64,000 bases of DNA, from contig CANGHK010000022.1 of NCBI GenBank assembly GCA_947453625.1, positions 4,121 to 68,120 of the forward strand, given 5' to 3'. Source of the DNA: Burkholderiales bacterium. Its GTDB lineage: Bacteria > Pseudomonadota > Gammaproteobacteria > Burkholderiales > Burkholderiaceae_C. Below the pieces are notes generated by a model. That model saw nothing but the letters and a program-made list of their open reading frames with translations, ran no database searches and was not told the DNA's origin. Positions within the stretch are counted from its first letter, which is position 1. Each line of letters opens with the position of its first letter. Both the position numbers and the translations under genes were made by a program. Shown piece by piece: positions 1 through 8,623 of this stretch.

Positions 1-5
1 ACGCA

Positions 6-2783
6 GTGTGCGAGCGCATCCGCGCCGCCGGCACGGTGCGGCTGGTGCTGGTGCGCGCACCGGCCGGCTTTGGCAAGACCACCGCGATGGTGCAGGTGCG
101 CGAACAGTTCGCCACCCAGGGCGTGGCCACCGCCTGGCTGACGCTGGAGCGCACCGACAACGACATGCCGCGCTTTCTGCGCTGCCTGGCGCAGGCGGTG
201 GCGCAGATCGTCGCCGACCCCCCAGCCAGCGAGTCGCCGCTGGCGGTGGTCGAGTCGCTTGTGGGCCACAACGCGCCGTTCGCGCTCTTTCTCGACGACT
301 TCGAGCTGATCACCGAGCCGGCCGTTCAGGGTCTGGTGCGCGAGATCATCGACCACCTGCCGCGCCGCGGTCAGTTGGTGCTGGGCTCGCGCAGCCTGCC
401 CGACCTGGGGCTGGGCCGGCTGCGCGCGGCCGGCCAGTTGCTGGAGATAGACACCGAGGACCTGCGCTTCTCGCTGGCCGAGACCCAGCGCTTCTTCGCG
501 CAGCGCCCAGGCGCTGGCAAGACCGAGCCGGCCGCGCTGCAGGCCGCTGGGGTGCAGGCCGGGTTCCTGCCCGACCTGCTGGCCGAATTGCAGGCCCATC
601 TGCCCGACCTGCACCGCAAGACCGAGGGCTGGATCGCCGCGCTCTGGCTGGCCTCGATGGCGCTGGACGCGGTGGCCGCGCGGCAAGCCTCGGTGGCCGG
701 CTTCGTGGCCCAGTTCTCGGGCAGCGACCGGGCGGTGGCCGACTTCCTGGCCGAGGACGTGCTGGGCCGCCAGACGCCCGAGATCCGCGACTTCCTGCTG
801 CGCACCAGCCTGCTGCGCCACCTCAACGCGCCACTGTGCCAGGCACTGAACCCGCGCAGCGACAGCCACCGCATCCTGGCCCAGCTCGACGCCGCCAACC
901 TGTTCATCACGCCGATCGGCCCGGACAGCGGCAGCCAGGGCGGACCCGGGTCAGCGCCGGCAAGGCCACCGGCCGAGCGGGAATGGCGTTACCACAGCCT
1001 GTTCGCCGATTTCCTGCGCACCCAGCTCGAACGCGAGCGGCCCGACGAGCTGGCCAGGCTGCACCTGGCGGCCTCGGGCTGGTACGAGTCCGAGGGCCGG
1101 CCGGTGCCGGCGATCGACCACGCGATCGAGGGCGGCGACATGCCGCATGCCATCCACCTGCTGGCCGGCCATGCCGCCGACTTCCTGGCGCAGGGCCGGA
1201 TGCGGCTGCTGGCGCGCTGGTTCGCCGCGCTGCCCACGGCCCTGCTGCACGACCGGCCCATGCTGCAGATGGTCTCGCTGTGGGCCAGCACGCTGACGCG
1301 CGGCCCCTGGGAGTCGATGGAGCAGCTGCGGCAATCGGGCTGCGAGCACAGCAGTGACCCGGCGGTGCGGGCCCATGTGAACGCGCTGCAGCCCATGCTG
1401 CTGGCGATGATGGACCGCATCGAAGAGGCCGCGGCCACAGGCCGGGCGCATCTGGCGCGGGTGCCCACCGGCCAGGCCTTCGCCGACAGCGTGCTGTGCA
1501 ACGCGATGGCCCATGTGCTGGGCGTGCTGGGCGAGCGCGACGAGGCCCAGCGCCTGCTGGACGCAGCCCGGCGCGGCCAGCAAGGCGCCGGCTTCAACCG
1601 CATGTACAGCGAGTCGGTGGAGGGCCTGATCGACCTGCAGCAAGGCCGGCTGCGCCAGGCCAGCGCGCGTTTCAGGCTGGCGATCGGTAGCGCTGGCGGA
1701 GTGGCGGGCGGGGTGGCGCCGGGTGCGCTGGCCGCCTCCAGCCACGGCAACGCCTGGGCCGGCGTTCTGCACGCCGGTGCGGTCTACGAGTTGCACCAGC
1801 TCGACCAGGCCGAGCACCTGCTCAATGTCTACCTGCCGCTGGCGCGCGAGGTCGGCCTGCCCGACCACATGATCCTGAGCCACACGATGCGCTCGCGCAT
1901 CGCCTTCCAGCGCGGCGACATCGATGCCGCGATGGCCGCCATCACCGACCTGGAGTACCTGGGCCACCACCGGCAGCTGCCGCGCGTGGTGGCCAGCGCC
2001 AGGCTGGAGCGCGCCCGCGTGCTGGCGCTGCAAGGCCAGGCAGAGGCGGCAAAGCAGGCGCTGGAGCGTGCCGACGACCCGGCCGTCTGGCAACGCGTGG
2101 CCCAGCGCCAGCTGACGGCGCACGATGTCGACGACCTGGCGATAGGCCGGCTGCGCTGGCAGGTGCTGTTCGGCGACGCCGCCGCGGCCGCCAGCGAGGC
2201 CGGCGCCGGGGTCGAGCAGGCCAGACGCGCGCTGCGCCTGCGCCGGGCGCTGCGGCTGCAGGTGCTGCAGGCGCTGGCGCTGCAACGCGCCGGCCAGCCG
2301 GCCGCGGCGCTCGAGCGCATGACCGACGTGCTGCGCCAGGCCAGCGCCGAGGGCTTCGTGCGGCTGCTGCTCGACGAAGGGCCGGCCGTGGGCGGGCTGG
2401 TGCGGCGGGTGCATGCCGCGCTGCACGAGGCTGGCCGGGTCGACCCCATCCTCGACGACTACCTGCAACGTCTGCTGCAGATCGCCGGGCCCGGGTTGGA
2501 CGACGACAGCGACGAGGCCCGGACCGCGCCAGGCCAGTCCCCGACCGGCGCCGCAGCCGACGGGGCCGCGCCGCCCCCCGGCGCCACCGAGCCGCTGACG
2601 CGCAAGGAAATCCGCGTGCTGCAACTGCTGGCCGAGGGCTATAGCAACAGCGCGATGGCCGAGAAGCTGTTCGTCAGCGACAGCACCGTGCGTACCCACC
2701 TGCGCAACATCAACATGAAACTCAACGCGCGCAGCCGAACCCAGGCCGTGGCGATCGCGCGCCGACTGGGACTGATGCCGTGA
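6..2783 (+). CDS. MalT/LuxR-family STAND transcriptional regulator (P-loop NTPase + helical repeats + C-terminal LuxR HTH); 5' end probably cut by the window edge
   Basis: The ORF is open to the window edge. Walker A 'APAGFGKTT' lies near the N-terminus, followed by a long Leu/Ala-rich helical-repeat middle. The C-terminal 'LTRKEIRVLQLLAEGYSNSAMAEKLFVSDSTVRTHLRNINMKL' is a classic LuxR/GerE HTH. Confidence 0.85.
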   Translation: MCERIRAAGTVRLVLVRAPAGFGKTTAMVQVREQFATQGVATAWLTLERTDNDMPRFLRCLAQAVAQIVADPPASESPLAVVESLVGHNAPFALFLDDFELITEPAVQGLVREIIDHLPRRGQLVLGSRSLPDLGLGRLRAAGQLLEIDTEDLRFSLAETQRFFAQRPGAGKTEPAALQAAGVQAGFLPDLLAELQAHLPDLHRKTEGWIAALWLASMALDAVAARQASVAGFVAQFSGSDRAVADFLAEDVLGRQTPEIRDFLLRTSLLRHLNAPLCQALNPRSDSHRILAQLDAANLFITPIGPDSGSQGGPGSAPARPPAEREWRYHSLFADFLRTQLERERPDELARLHLAASGWYESEGRPVPAIDHAIEGGDMPHAIHLLAGHAADFLAQGRMRLLARWFAALPTALLHDRPMLQMVSLWASTLTRGPWESMEQLRQSGCEHSSDPAVRAHVNALQPMLLAMMDRIEEAAATGRAHLARVPTGQAFADSVLCNAMAHVLGVLGERDEAQRLLDAARRGQQGAGFNRMYSESVEGLIDLQQGRLRQASARFRLAIGSAGGVAGGVAPGALAASSHGNAWAGVLHAGAVYELHQLDQAEHLLNVYLPLAREVGLPDHMILSHTMRSRIAFQRGDIDAAMAAITDLEYLGHHRQLPRVVASARLERARVLALQGQAEAAKQALERADDPAVWQRVAQRQLTAHDVDDLAIGRLRWQVLFGDAAAAASEAGAGVEQARRALRLRRALRLQVLQALALQRAGQPAAALERMTDVLRQASAEGFVRLLLDEGPAVGGLVRRVHAALHEAGRVDPILDDYLQRLLQIAGPGLDDDSDEARTAPGQSPTGAAADGAAPPPGATEPLTRKEIRVLQLLAEGYSNSAMAEKLFVSDSTVRTHLRNINMKLNARSRTQAVAIARRLGLMP

Positions 2784-4057
2784 AGATGCCTGATTCCACC
2801 CCCACCTCGCCGCTGGTCTGGGCCCCGGCCCTGGGCCCGGCCGCGCCGCGCACGCTGTGCACCGATTGCGGCATCTCGCGCAGCGCCGAACCCAAGCGCT
2901 GCGCCACGGCCTGCCAGTTCATCGCCCCCGACTACCCGGCGCTGGAAACGCAAGTGCACGGCCGGGCACGCGACCCGGCGCGGCCCGACGAGCTGCACTT
3001 CGGCCCGTTCCGGCGCATGCTGCGGGCCTCGCTGGCGGCGCCGCGCGAGGGCGCGCAATGGACCGGCATCACCACCCGGATCGCCGAGCGCCTGCTCGAG
3101 ACCGGCGCGGTCGACGCGGTGTTGACGATGGCGCCCGACCCCGACGACCGCTGGCGCCCGGTGCCCGTGATGGTGACCCGACCCGAGGGCATGGCGGCCT
3201 GCCGCGGCATGCGCATGGGCTACGCGCCGCTGCTGGCGCTGCTGGAGCCGGCGCGCGCGGCCGGCTACAAGCGCCTGGCGGTCATCGGCATCCCCTGCCA
3301 GGTCTACGCGCTGCGCGCGCTCGAGGCGGAGCTCGGGCTGGAGCGGCTGTACGTGATAGGCACGCCCTGCTCGGACAACACCAGCACCGAGCGCTTCCAC
3401 ACCTTCCTCGACCTGGTGGCAGCGCAGATCGGCCAGGCGCCGGCCGACATCACCTACCTCGAGTTCCGCGCCGACTACCGGGTCGAGTTGCGGCTGGCCG
3501 ACGGGCGGGTCAAGCTGATGCCCTTTCTGCAGCTGCCGATCTCGCAGCTGCCGCCCGACTTCTTCCCGCTGACCTGCCGCAGCTGCGTCGACTACACCAA
3601 CGTGCTGGCCGACATCACCGTCGGCTACATGGGCGGCCAGGGCGAGCAGTGGCTGCTGGTGCGCAACGCGCGCGGCGAAGAGCTGCTGGGGCTGCTGGGC
3701 ACCGAGGTGAACACCGCCGCGCCCGGCAGCGCCGGCAAGCGCGCCGGCGCGGTGGCGGGATTCATGAAGAACGTCGAGCGCGCCGCCGGCGGCCTGCCGC
3801 TGCGCCGCATGCCCGACTGGCTGCGCCCCATCGTCGGCTGGCTGATGCCAAGGGTCGGCCCGCGCGGGCTGGAATTCGCCCGCACCCGGGTCGAGATGAA
3901 GGCCATAGAGACCGTGCTGCACCTGCGCCGCGAGGTGCCGCGGCGCATGCGCAGCATGGTGCCGGGCCATGTCTGGGCGCTGGTCAAGCCCTATGGTCTG
4001 ACGCCGGGCGACGGCGAGGCCGGGCCCAGGCCAGACGTCGGGCAAGGACCGCACTGA
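2780..4057 (+). CDS. FrhB-family Fe-S flavoprotein (coenzyme F420 hydrogenase/dehydrogenase beta-subunit-like; HCAR/BciB-related reductase), substrate unknown
   Basis: 425-aa ORF. The GTG start overlaps the regulator stop (GTGA); an alternative ATG lies at 2786. N-terminal Cys cluster 'CTDCGISRSAEPKRCATACQF'. 'GAVDAVLTMAPD' and 'KRLAVIGIPCQVYALRALE...YVIGTPCSDN' resemble FrhB_N/FrhB_C proteins. Confidence 0.7.
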   Translation: MKMPDSTPTSPLVWAPALGPAAPRTLCTDCGISRSAEPKRCATACQFIAPDYPALETQVHGRARDPARPDELHFGPFRRMLRASLAAPREGAQWTGITTRIAERLLETGAVDAVLTMAPDPDDRWRPVPVMVTRPEGMAACRGMRMGYAPLLALLEPARAAGYKRLAVIGIPCQVYALRALEAELGLERLYVIGTPCSDNTSTERFHTFLDLVAAQIGQAPADITYLEFRADYRVELRLADGRVKLMPFLQLPISQLPPDFFPLTCRSCVDYTNVLADITVGYMGGQGEQWLLVRNARGEELLGLLGTEVNTAAPGSAGKRAGAVAGFMKNVERAAGGLPLRRMPDWLRPIVGWLMPRVGPRGLEFARTRVEMKAIETVLHLRREVPRRMRSMVPGHVWALVKPYGLTPGDGEAGPRPDVGQGPH

Positions 4058-4105
4058 CCGGCAGCGCAAGTTCGGCGGCGCCACCAGACAGCGCCGCGCG
4101 TCGGC

Positions 4106-4765
4106 CTACTTCCAGGCGAACACCGGCTGCTCGAAATGCGCCACCCGGGTGTCGCGCCCCAGCACGCAGACCTCGCGGAACTGGTAGAGCAGCGCGGCGG
4201 TGGGCGCGGCGATCCAGTTGTCGCCCACCGGCATCTTCAGCACCGGGTGCTCGCTGCCTTCCAGGGCCTCCAGCATCGGTGCGTCGGAACGCATGAACTC
4301 CTGCACCGGGATGCGGTGGATGCTGGCCACCTCGACCGGGTTGGGCTTGATGCCGCGCGCCGCGCCGGCCCACAGCACCACCGGCGTGATCGCAAAGCCC
4401 GAGCGGGTGATGAAGGTGTCTAGCCGGCCCAGGATGTCGGCCTCGCTAAGCTGCAGATCGACTTCCTCGGACAGCTCGCGCAGCGCCGTCTGCTCGGGCG
4501 TCTCACCCTCGTCGATGCGCCCGCCCGGCAGCGCCCACTGGCCGGCATGGCGGCGCATGTGGGCGGCGCGGCGGGTCAGGATCAACGCGGCCTCGGTGCT
4601 CCAGTGGCCGCTGCGCTGCAGGCCCCAGAGACCGGTGCCCGGACCGGCGTCGGTGATCACCAGCGCCACCGCGGCGCGCTTCAGTCCGGTCTCGTCGGGC
4701 GCGTGCAAGTCCCAGCCCGCCAGGCGAGCGGCCACTTGCTGGCGGAATTCATCATCACGTTGCAT
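4106..4765 (-). CDS. NUDIX hydrolase, CoA pyrophosphatase type
   Basis: Nudix box 'GGRIDEGETPEQTALRELSEEVDL' is preceded by the CoA-pyrophosphatase signature-like 'LILTRRAAHMRRHAGQWALPGG'. ATG start at 4765. Confidence 0.85.
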   Translation of the reverse strand: MQRDDEFRQQVAARLAGWDLHAPDETGLKRAAVALVITDAGPGTGLWGLQRSGHWSTEAALILTRRAAHMRRHAGQWALPGGRIDEGETPEQTALRELSEEVDLQLSEADILGRLDTFITRSGFAITPVVLWAGAARGIKPNPVEVASIHRIPVQEFMRSDAPMLEALEGSEHPVLKMPVGDNWIAAPTAALLYQFREVCVLGRDTRVAHFEQPVFAWK

Positions 4766-4798
4766 GGGGTGGCGGTGCTGGGTTGGGTGGGCGGCGGC

Positions 4799-5608
4799 TC
4801 AATCGTGGAACAGCGGCGTGCGCTTTTCCAGATTGGCCCGCACCGCCTCCAACTGGTTGGGCTGGCCCATCAGCGCCACCTGCTCGACCGACTCGGCCAT
4901 CAGGCAGGCTGCGGCGGTCTCGTCCAGCGTGCGGCTGGCCAGGTTCATCAGCCGCTTGTCGGCGCGCAGCGCGCAAGGGCTGCGCTGGGCCATCGCCTGG
5001 GCCATCGCCATCGCCTCGGCCAGCGGGTCGGCGCAGACGCGCGTGGCCAGACCCAGCTGCACCGCCTCATCGCCCAGCACCACGCGGCCGGTGTAGGTCA
5101 GTTCGCGCGCATGGTCGTCGCGCACCAGGCCACGCATCAGCGCGACGCCGGCCATGTCGGGCACCAAGCCCCACTTGATCTCCATCACGCTCATCTTCAG
5201 GTCGGCGGTGACCAGGCGGATGTCGGCGCCCAGCGCGAGTTGCAGGCCGCCGCCGAAGGCCACACCATGCACCGCGGCGATCACCGGCACCGGCAGTTCG
5301 CGCCAGCCCAGGCCCAGGTACTGCGCCGAGTTGGCGATGCCGTGGGTGCGCGGCCGCAGGTCGCGCATGCCACCGGGCTCACCGGCGCTCAACTTGGCCA
5401 TCCGGCCCATGTCGAGACCGGCGCAAAACGCCTTGCCCTCGCCGTGCAGCACCACCACCCGCAGGCCGGGCTCGGTCTGCAGCCGGGTGATGGCGGCGGC
5501 GATCGCGTCGAACATCTCGAAATCGAGCGCGTTCATCTTGTCGCTGCGCACCAGGCAGACATCGGCGACGCCTTGGGCGTCGATCGTGATGCGGACGCGG
5601 TTTTCCAT
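4799..5608 (-). CDS. enoyl-CoA hydratase/isomerase (crotonase) family protein
   Basis: Crotonase motifs 'KMNALDFEMFDAI', 'KAFCAGLD' and 'AAVHGVAFGGGLQLALGADIR'. Start moved to the internal ATG (MENRVRI) at 5608, which is preceded by AGGAG. Confidence 0.85.
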   Translation of the reverse strand: MENRVRITIDAQGVADVCLVRSDKMNALDFEMFDAIAAAITRLQTEPGLRVVVLHGEGKAFCAGLDMGRMAKLSAGEPGGMRDLRPRTHGIANSAQYLGLGWRELPVPVIAAVHGVAFGGGLQLALGADIRLVTADLKMSVMEIKWGLVPDMAGVALMRGLVRDDHARELTYTGRVVLGDEAVQLGLATRVCADPLAEAMAMAQAMAQRSPCALRADKRLMNLASRTLDETAAACLMAESVEQVALMGQPNQLEAVRANLEKRTPLFHD

Positions 5609-5836
5609 GCCAGTCTCCTGCGGTGGGTCGGTTTGAAAATGATTCTGGCAGCGCGCACCGGCAGGGCCTGTCACCAAGGCGCTCTTGCCTGTCATCGCGT
5701 CGTCCACCGCCGAATTCAGCGTTTTGACCACCGACATGGCGTCAAAAGTCACTGAACGATGCGTACCCCATCAAGGCAAGCACCCCGCGCAACGCCGCAG
5801 GACCGCAACACAGGCAGGGCCTGGCGCACACCAAGC

Positions 5837-6052
5837 TCAATCCGCGGCATCGAGCCTGTCCAGCAAGGCCAGCGCACGGTCTGGACTGCCATGTGCTGCA
5901 CGGGTCTCGAACCGCACCCTGGCGTCGAAGTTGGCCAGGGCCACGGTGGCCAATTCATCGATCAGTTTGTTGACGCTGATCGCGTTGGCGCGCGCCAAGG
6001 CCTTCAGCCGCTCATGCTTGTCGTCGGGCAATCGGATAGTCAAGGTCGACAT
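5837..6052 (-). CDS. ribbon-helix-helix (CopG/Arc-type) antitoxin
   Basis: 71 aa. 'MSTLTIRLPDDKHERLKALARANAISVNKLIDEL' is a typical RHH N-terminus. The ATG at 6052 has GGAG upstream. It overlaps the PIN gene stop by 13 nt. Confidence 0.7.
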   Translation of the reverse strand: MSTLTIRLPDDKHERLKALARANAISVNKLIDELATVALANFDARVRFETRAAHGSPDRALALLDRLDAAD

Positions 6053-6474
6053 GGAAAAACCTCCAGGCATTGCTCGGGCGCAAGGACCCTGAGCAGGGGA
6101 AATTTCAACTCGCCGCGCGTCACGTCGCGCAGATTTCGAGTGACGATCGCGTCGGCCTGCGCCGCCACCGCCAGTTCGATCAGGTGGTTATCGGCCTCGT
6201 CCGGCAAGTTCGGACGCCAGGCGTAGAACACCTCGACCCAGCGGCAACGGTTCAGAAAACCGTCGAATACCTCGCTGCGGTCGCTCGCGGACAGCACGCT
6301 GTCGCGAAACAGGTCGGCGCGGCCCAGCACGTCTTCGTACTCGGCAAGCAATGCCGGACCCAGGACAGGTTGGTAATGCGCGGTCAGGCAGGCGCGCAGC
6401 ACCCAACGCGCGGCCCCGCCGCCGCGAAGCAGCGCGGAAACCAGGATGTTGGTGTCGAGTACCAGCGTTGGCAT
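6040..6474 (-). CDS. PIN-domain toxin (VapC-like ribonuclease)
   Basis: 'MPTLVLDTNILVSALL' (first acidic residue), '...DEADNHLIELAVAAQADAIVTRNLRD' (later acidic residues); about 144 aa. Start moved to the internal ATG at 6474. Confidence 0.75.
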   Translation of the reverse strand: MPTLVLDTNILVSALLRGGGAARWVLRACLTAHYQPVLGPALLAEYEDVLGRADLFRDSVLSASDRSEVFDGFLNRCRWVEVFYAWRPNLPDEADNHLIELAVAAQADAIVTRNLRDVTRGELKFPLLRVLAPEQCLEVFPCRP

Positions 6475-6603
6475 CTGAAAAATGATAGCGCATATGCTGT
6501 CAAATTTCGGCATACCGCTGGGCTTGGCTTGCGGCATGCCGAAGCGGAGACAAACGCGTGCACCACGGCAGTCCGGCCAGCATCCCGCCTGGCGCAGCCG
6601 ACC

Positions 6604-7590
6604 TCAATCCGCCTGGATATTGCTGCTGCGCACCACCCGGGTCCACTTGGTGATTTCGTCGTTCAAAAAGCGGCCGAAGGCCTCGGCGCTGGTCGGCGCG
6701 GCCTCGGCGCCGGCTTCGTGCAGCCTGGCCTTGACCTCGGGCAGCGCCAACGCGCGGCCGATGTCGGCCGACAGCCTGGCCGCCACCTCGCGCGGCGTGC
6801 CCGCCGGCGCCACGAAGCCGGCCCAGGAATAGGCCTCGTAGCCCGCCACACCGGCCTCGACGAAGGTGGGGACGCCCGGAAACAGCGCCGAGCGCTGGGC
6901 ATTGGCCACGCCGAGCGCCCGCACCTTGCCGGCGCGCACCTGGGGCAGCGCGGTGGGCGCGTCGGCAAACATCAGCTGCACCTGGCCACCCAGCAGGTCG
7001 CTCATCGCCGGTGCGCTGCCTTTGTAAGGCACATGCGCCAGTTGCGTGCCGGCCTGCAGGTTGAACAGTTCACCCGCAAGGTGGGTGCCGCCGCCGTTGC
7101 CCGAACTGCCGTAGTTCAGCTTGCCTGGCGATCTCTTGTCGAGCGCGATCAGCTCGGCCACCGTCCTGGCATCGACCGAAGGATGGGCCACCAGCACGAT
7201 AGGAAAACGCGCGCCGAAGCTCAGCGGCACGAAGTCGCGTTCGATGTCGTAGGGCAGCTTGGGTTTGAGCGCCGGCAGCACGGCGTGGTGGATGCTGCAG
7301 ACGAACACCGTGCTGCCGTCGGCCGGCGACTTGGCGGCATGGTCGGCGCCCACCATGCCGCCAGCGCCGGCCCGGTTGTCCACCACCACGGCCTGGCCCC
7401 AGGTCTCGGACAGGCGCTGGGCCACCGTGCGCGCAACGGTGTCGACCGGCCCGCCGGGCGGGAAAGGCACGACCAGGCGCACCGGCCGGGTCGGGAAGGA
7501 CTGGGCCCAAGCCGGTGCGCAGGGCAGTGCAGCCAGGCCCAGCGCGTCAGCGGACGACAGCAGCAGCTGGCGGCGAAGCAGATCGGTCAT
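6604..7590 (-). CDS. Bug-family (TctC-like) tripartite tricarboxylate transporter substrate-binding protein
   Basis: Signal peptide followed by 'FPTRPVRLVVPFPPGGPVDTVAR', 'NRAGAGGMVGA' and 'KLNYGSSGNGGGTHLAGE', which are typical Bug family motifs. Confidence 0.9.
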   Translation of the reverse strand: MTDLLRRQLLLSSADALGLAALPCAPAWAQSFPTRPVRLVVPFPPGGPVDTVARTVAQRLSETWGQAVVVDNRAGAGGMVGADHAAKSPADGSTVFVCSIHHAVLPALKPKLPYDIERDFVPLSFGARFPIVLVAHPSVDARTVAELIALDKRSPGKLNYGSSGNGGGTHLAGELFNLQAGTQLAHVPYKGSAPAMSDLLGGQVQLMFADAPTALPQVRAGKVRALGVANAQRSALFPGVPTFVEAGVAGYEAYSWAGFVAPAGTPREVAARLSADIGRALALPEVKARLHEAGAEAAPTSAEAFGRFLNDEITKWTRVVRSSNIQAD

Positions 7591-7615
7591 GGGCGCTGGT
7601 TTCTCGCGATCGCGT

Positions 7616-8434
7616 TCAGTTCGTGGTCTGGCCGTAGACCGGCTTGCGCTTTTCCAGGAAGGCGTTGATGCCCTCCTGGAAATCGCCGCCGCGGGTGCAC
7701 AGCACCTGGTTGCGGTCTTCCATCGCGATCGCCGCGCGCAGGCCTTGGGCGTCGATGTTCTGGTTCAGGCAGTCCTTGGTCAGGCGCAGCGCCAGCGGCG
7801 TGGCGTTGAGCATCTCGCCGACCAGGGCCTGGGCTTCGGCTTGCAGCGCGGGCAGCGCGTCGACCCGGCTGACCAGGCCCAGCGCATAGGCGCGCTGGGC
7901 ATCGAGGAAACGCCCGGTCAGCAGCATCTCGGCGGCCACCGACGCACCCACCATGCGCGGCAGAAAGTAGCTCGACCCCATGTCGCAGCCCGACACGCCG
8001 ATCTTGATGAAGGCGGCGTTGAAGCGCGCCTCGGGCGTGGCCAGCCGGATATCGCTGGCCAGCGCGATGCCCAGACCGCCGCCGCTGGCCGAGCCCTGGA
8101 CGATGCTGACGATGGGCTGCGGGCATTCGCGCATCGCGATCATGATGTCGCGGATCGCCTTCTGGCCCTCGAAACTGGCCTGCACGTCTCGGGGCGCCGC
8201 GCCGATGCGGTCCTTCAGGTCCAGCCCGGCGCAATAAGCCCGGCCCGCGCCCTGCAGCACCACGACCCGGATCTCGGGCCGATTTTCCAGCGCCTGAAAG
8301 TAGTTGCGCAGCGCGTCGGTCAGGCCGACGTTCAGCGCGTTCAGCCGCTCGGGCCGGTTCATCGTCAGCCAGGCGACGCCGTCGCGCTCGTCGATCAGCA
8401 AGGGAGACGGGTCAGCCGCCTTGGTATCCATCAT
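7616..8434 (-). CDS. enoyl-CoA hydratase/isomerase family protein
   Basis: 'WLTMNRPERLNALN', 'RAYCAGLDLK' and 'VQGSASGGGLGIALASDIR'. Start moved to ATG (MMDTK) at 8434, which has GGAG upstream. Confidence 0.85.
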   Translation of the reverse strand: MMDTKAADPSPLLIDERDGVAWLTMNRPERLNALNVGLTDALRNYFQALENRPEIRVVVLQGAGRAYCAGLDLKDRIGAAPRDVQASFEGQKAIRDIMIAMRECPQPIVSIVQGSASGGGLGIALASDIRLATPEARFNAAFIKIGVSGCDMGSSYFLPRMVGASVAAEMLLTGRFLDAQRAYALGLVSRVDALPALQAEAQALVGEMLNATPLALRLTKDCLNQNIDAQGLRAAIAMEDRNQVLCTRGGDFQEGINAFLEKRKPVYGQTTN

Positions 8435-8516
8435 GAAGGTACTCCAGTTCGAGTCGGGTTCAAGCAAACGCCGTGGAACCGGCTCTGCCGGGCCACTGGC
8501 TTGCCTTGCAGGCCGC

Positions 8517-8622
8517 GCCGGGCTTTGCAGCCCGGCTCCTCGCCAGGCAGGCAAGGTCCGCTGGACCTTGCCTGTCCGGGCTCGTCCCCCCTGGGGGCGG
8601 CGCCGAAGGCGCTTCGGGGGGG
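8517..8622. repeat. cluster of three GC-rich stem-loops (REP-like) in the ACAD-to-hydratase spacer
   Basis: GCCGGGC-tttgca-GCCCGGC (8517-8536). CAGGCAAGGTCC-gct-GGACCTTGCCTG (8548-8574, perfect 12-bp stem). CCCCCCTGGGGGCGGCGCCGAAGGCGCTTCGGGGGGG (8586-8622) resembles, in inverted orientation, the inner hairpin module of the 11909-12079 repeat. Confidence 0.5.
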
Positions 8623-8623
8623 C

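Noticed and set aside
951-2699. Long antisense or alternate-frame ORFs throughout the window. Examples are 951-2699(-), 13273-15156(-), 26102-27898(-), 28364-30385(+), 31636-33414(+), 35766-38048(-), 45321-47591(+), 45535-47319(-), 53750-55576(+) and 55086-56474(-).
   Set aside because: Their translations are low-complexity Arg/Ala/Gly/Pro/His-rich strings with no recognisable motifs. Each lies opposite to, or out of frame with, an ORF that has clear family signatures. This is typical shadow-ORF behaviour in ~70% GC DNA, where stop codons are rare.
6-2783. The MalT-like STAND NTPase as an Avs/NLR-type antiphage sensor.
   Set aside because: The C-terminus is a standard LuxR/GerE DNA-binding HTH and no nuclease, protease, TIR or other effector domain is visible. 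The architecture is that of a MalT-family transcription activator.
2780-4057. The FrhB/BciB-like gene together with the CrtC-like gene (56336-57532) as remnants of a photosynthesis or carotenoid cluster.
   Set aside because: The two genes are more than 50 kb apart, no bch, puf, puh or crt genes are present, and the CrtC-like protein is coupled to an FtsX permease, which is the AttH-type context rather than a carotenoid context.
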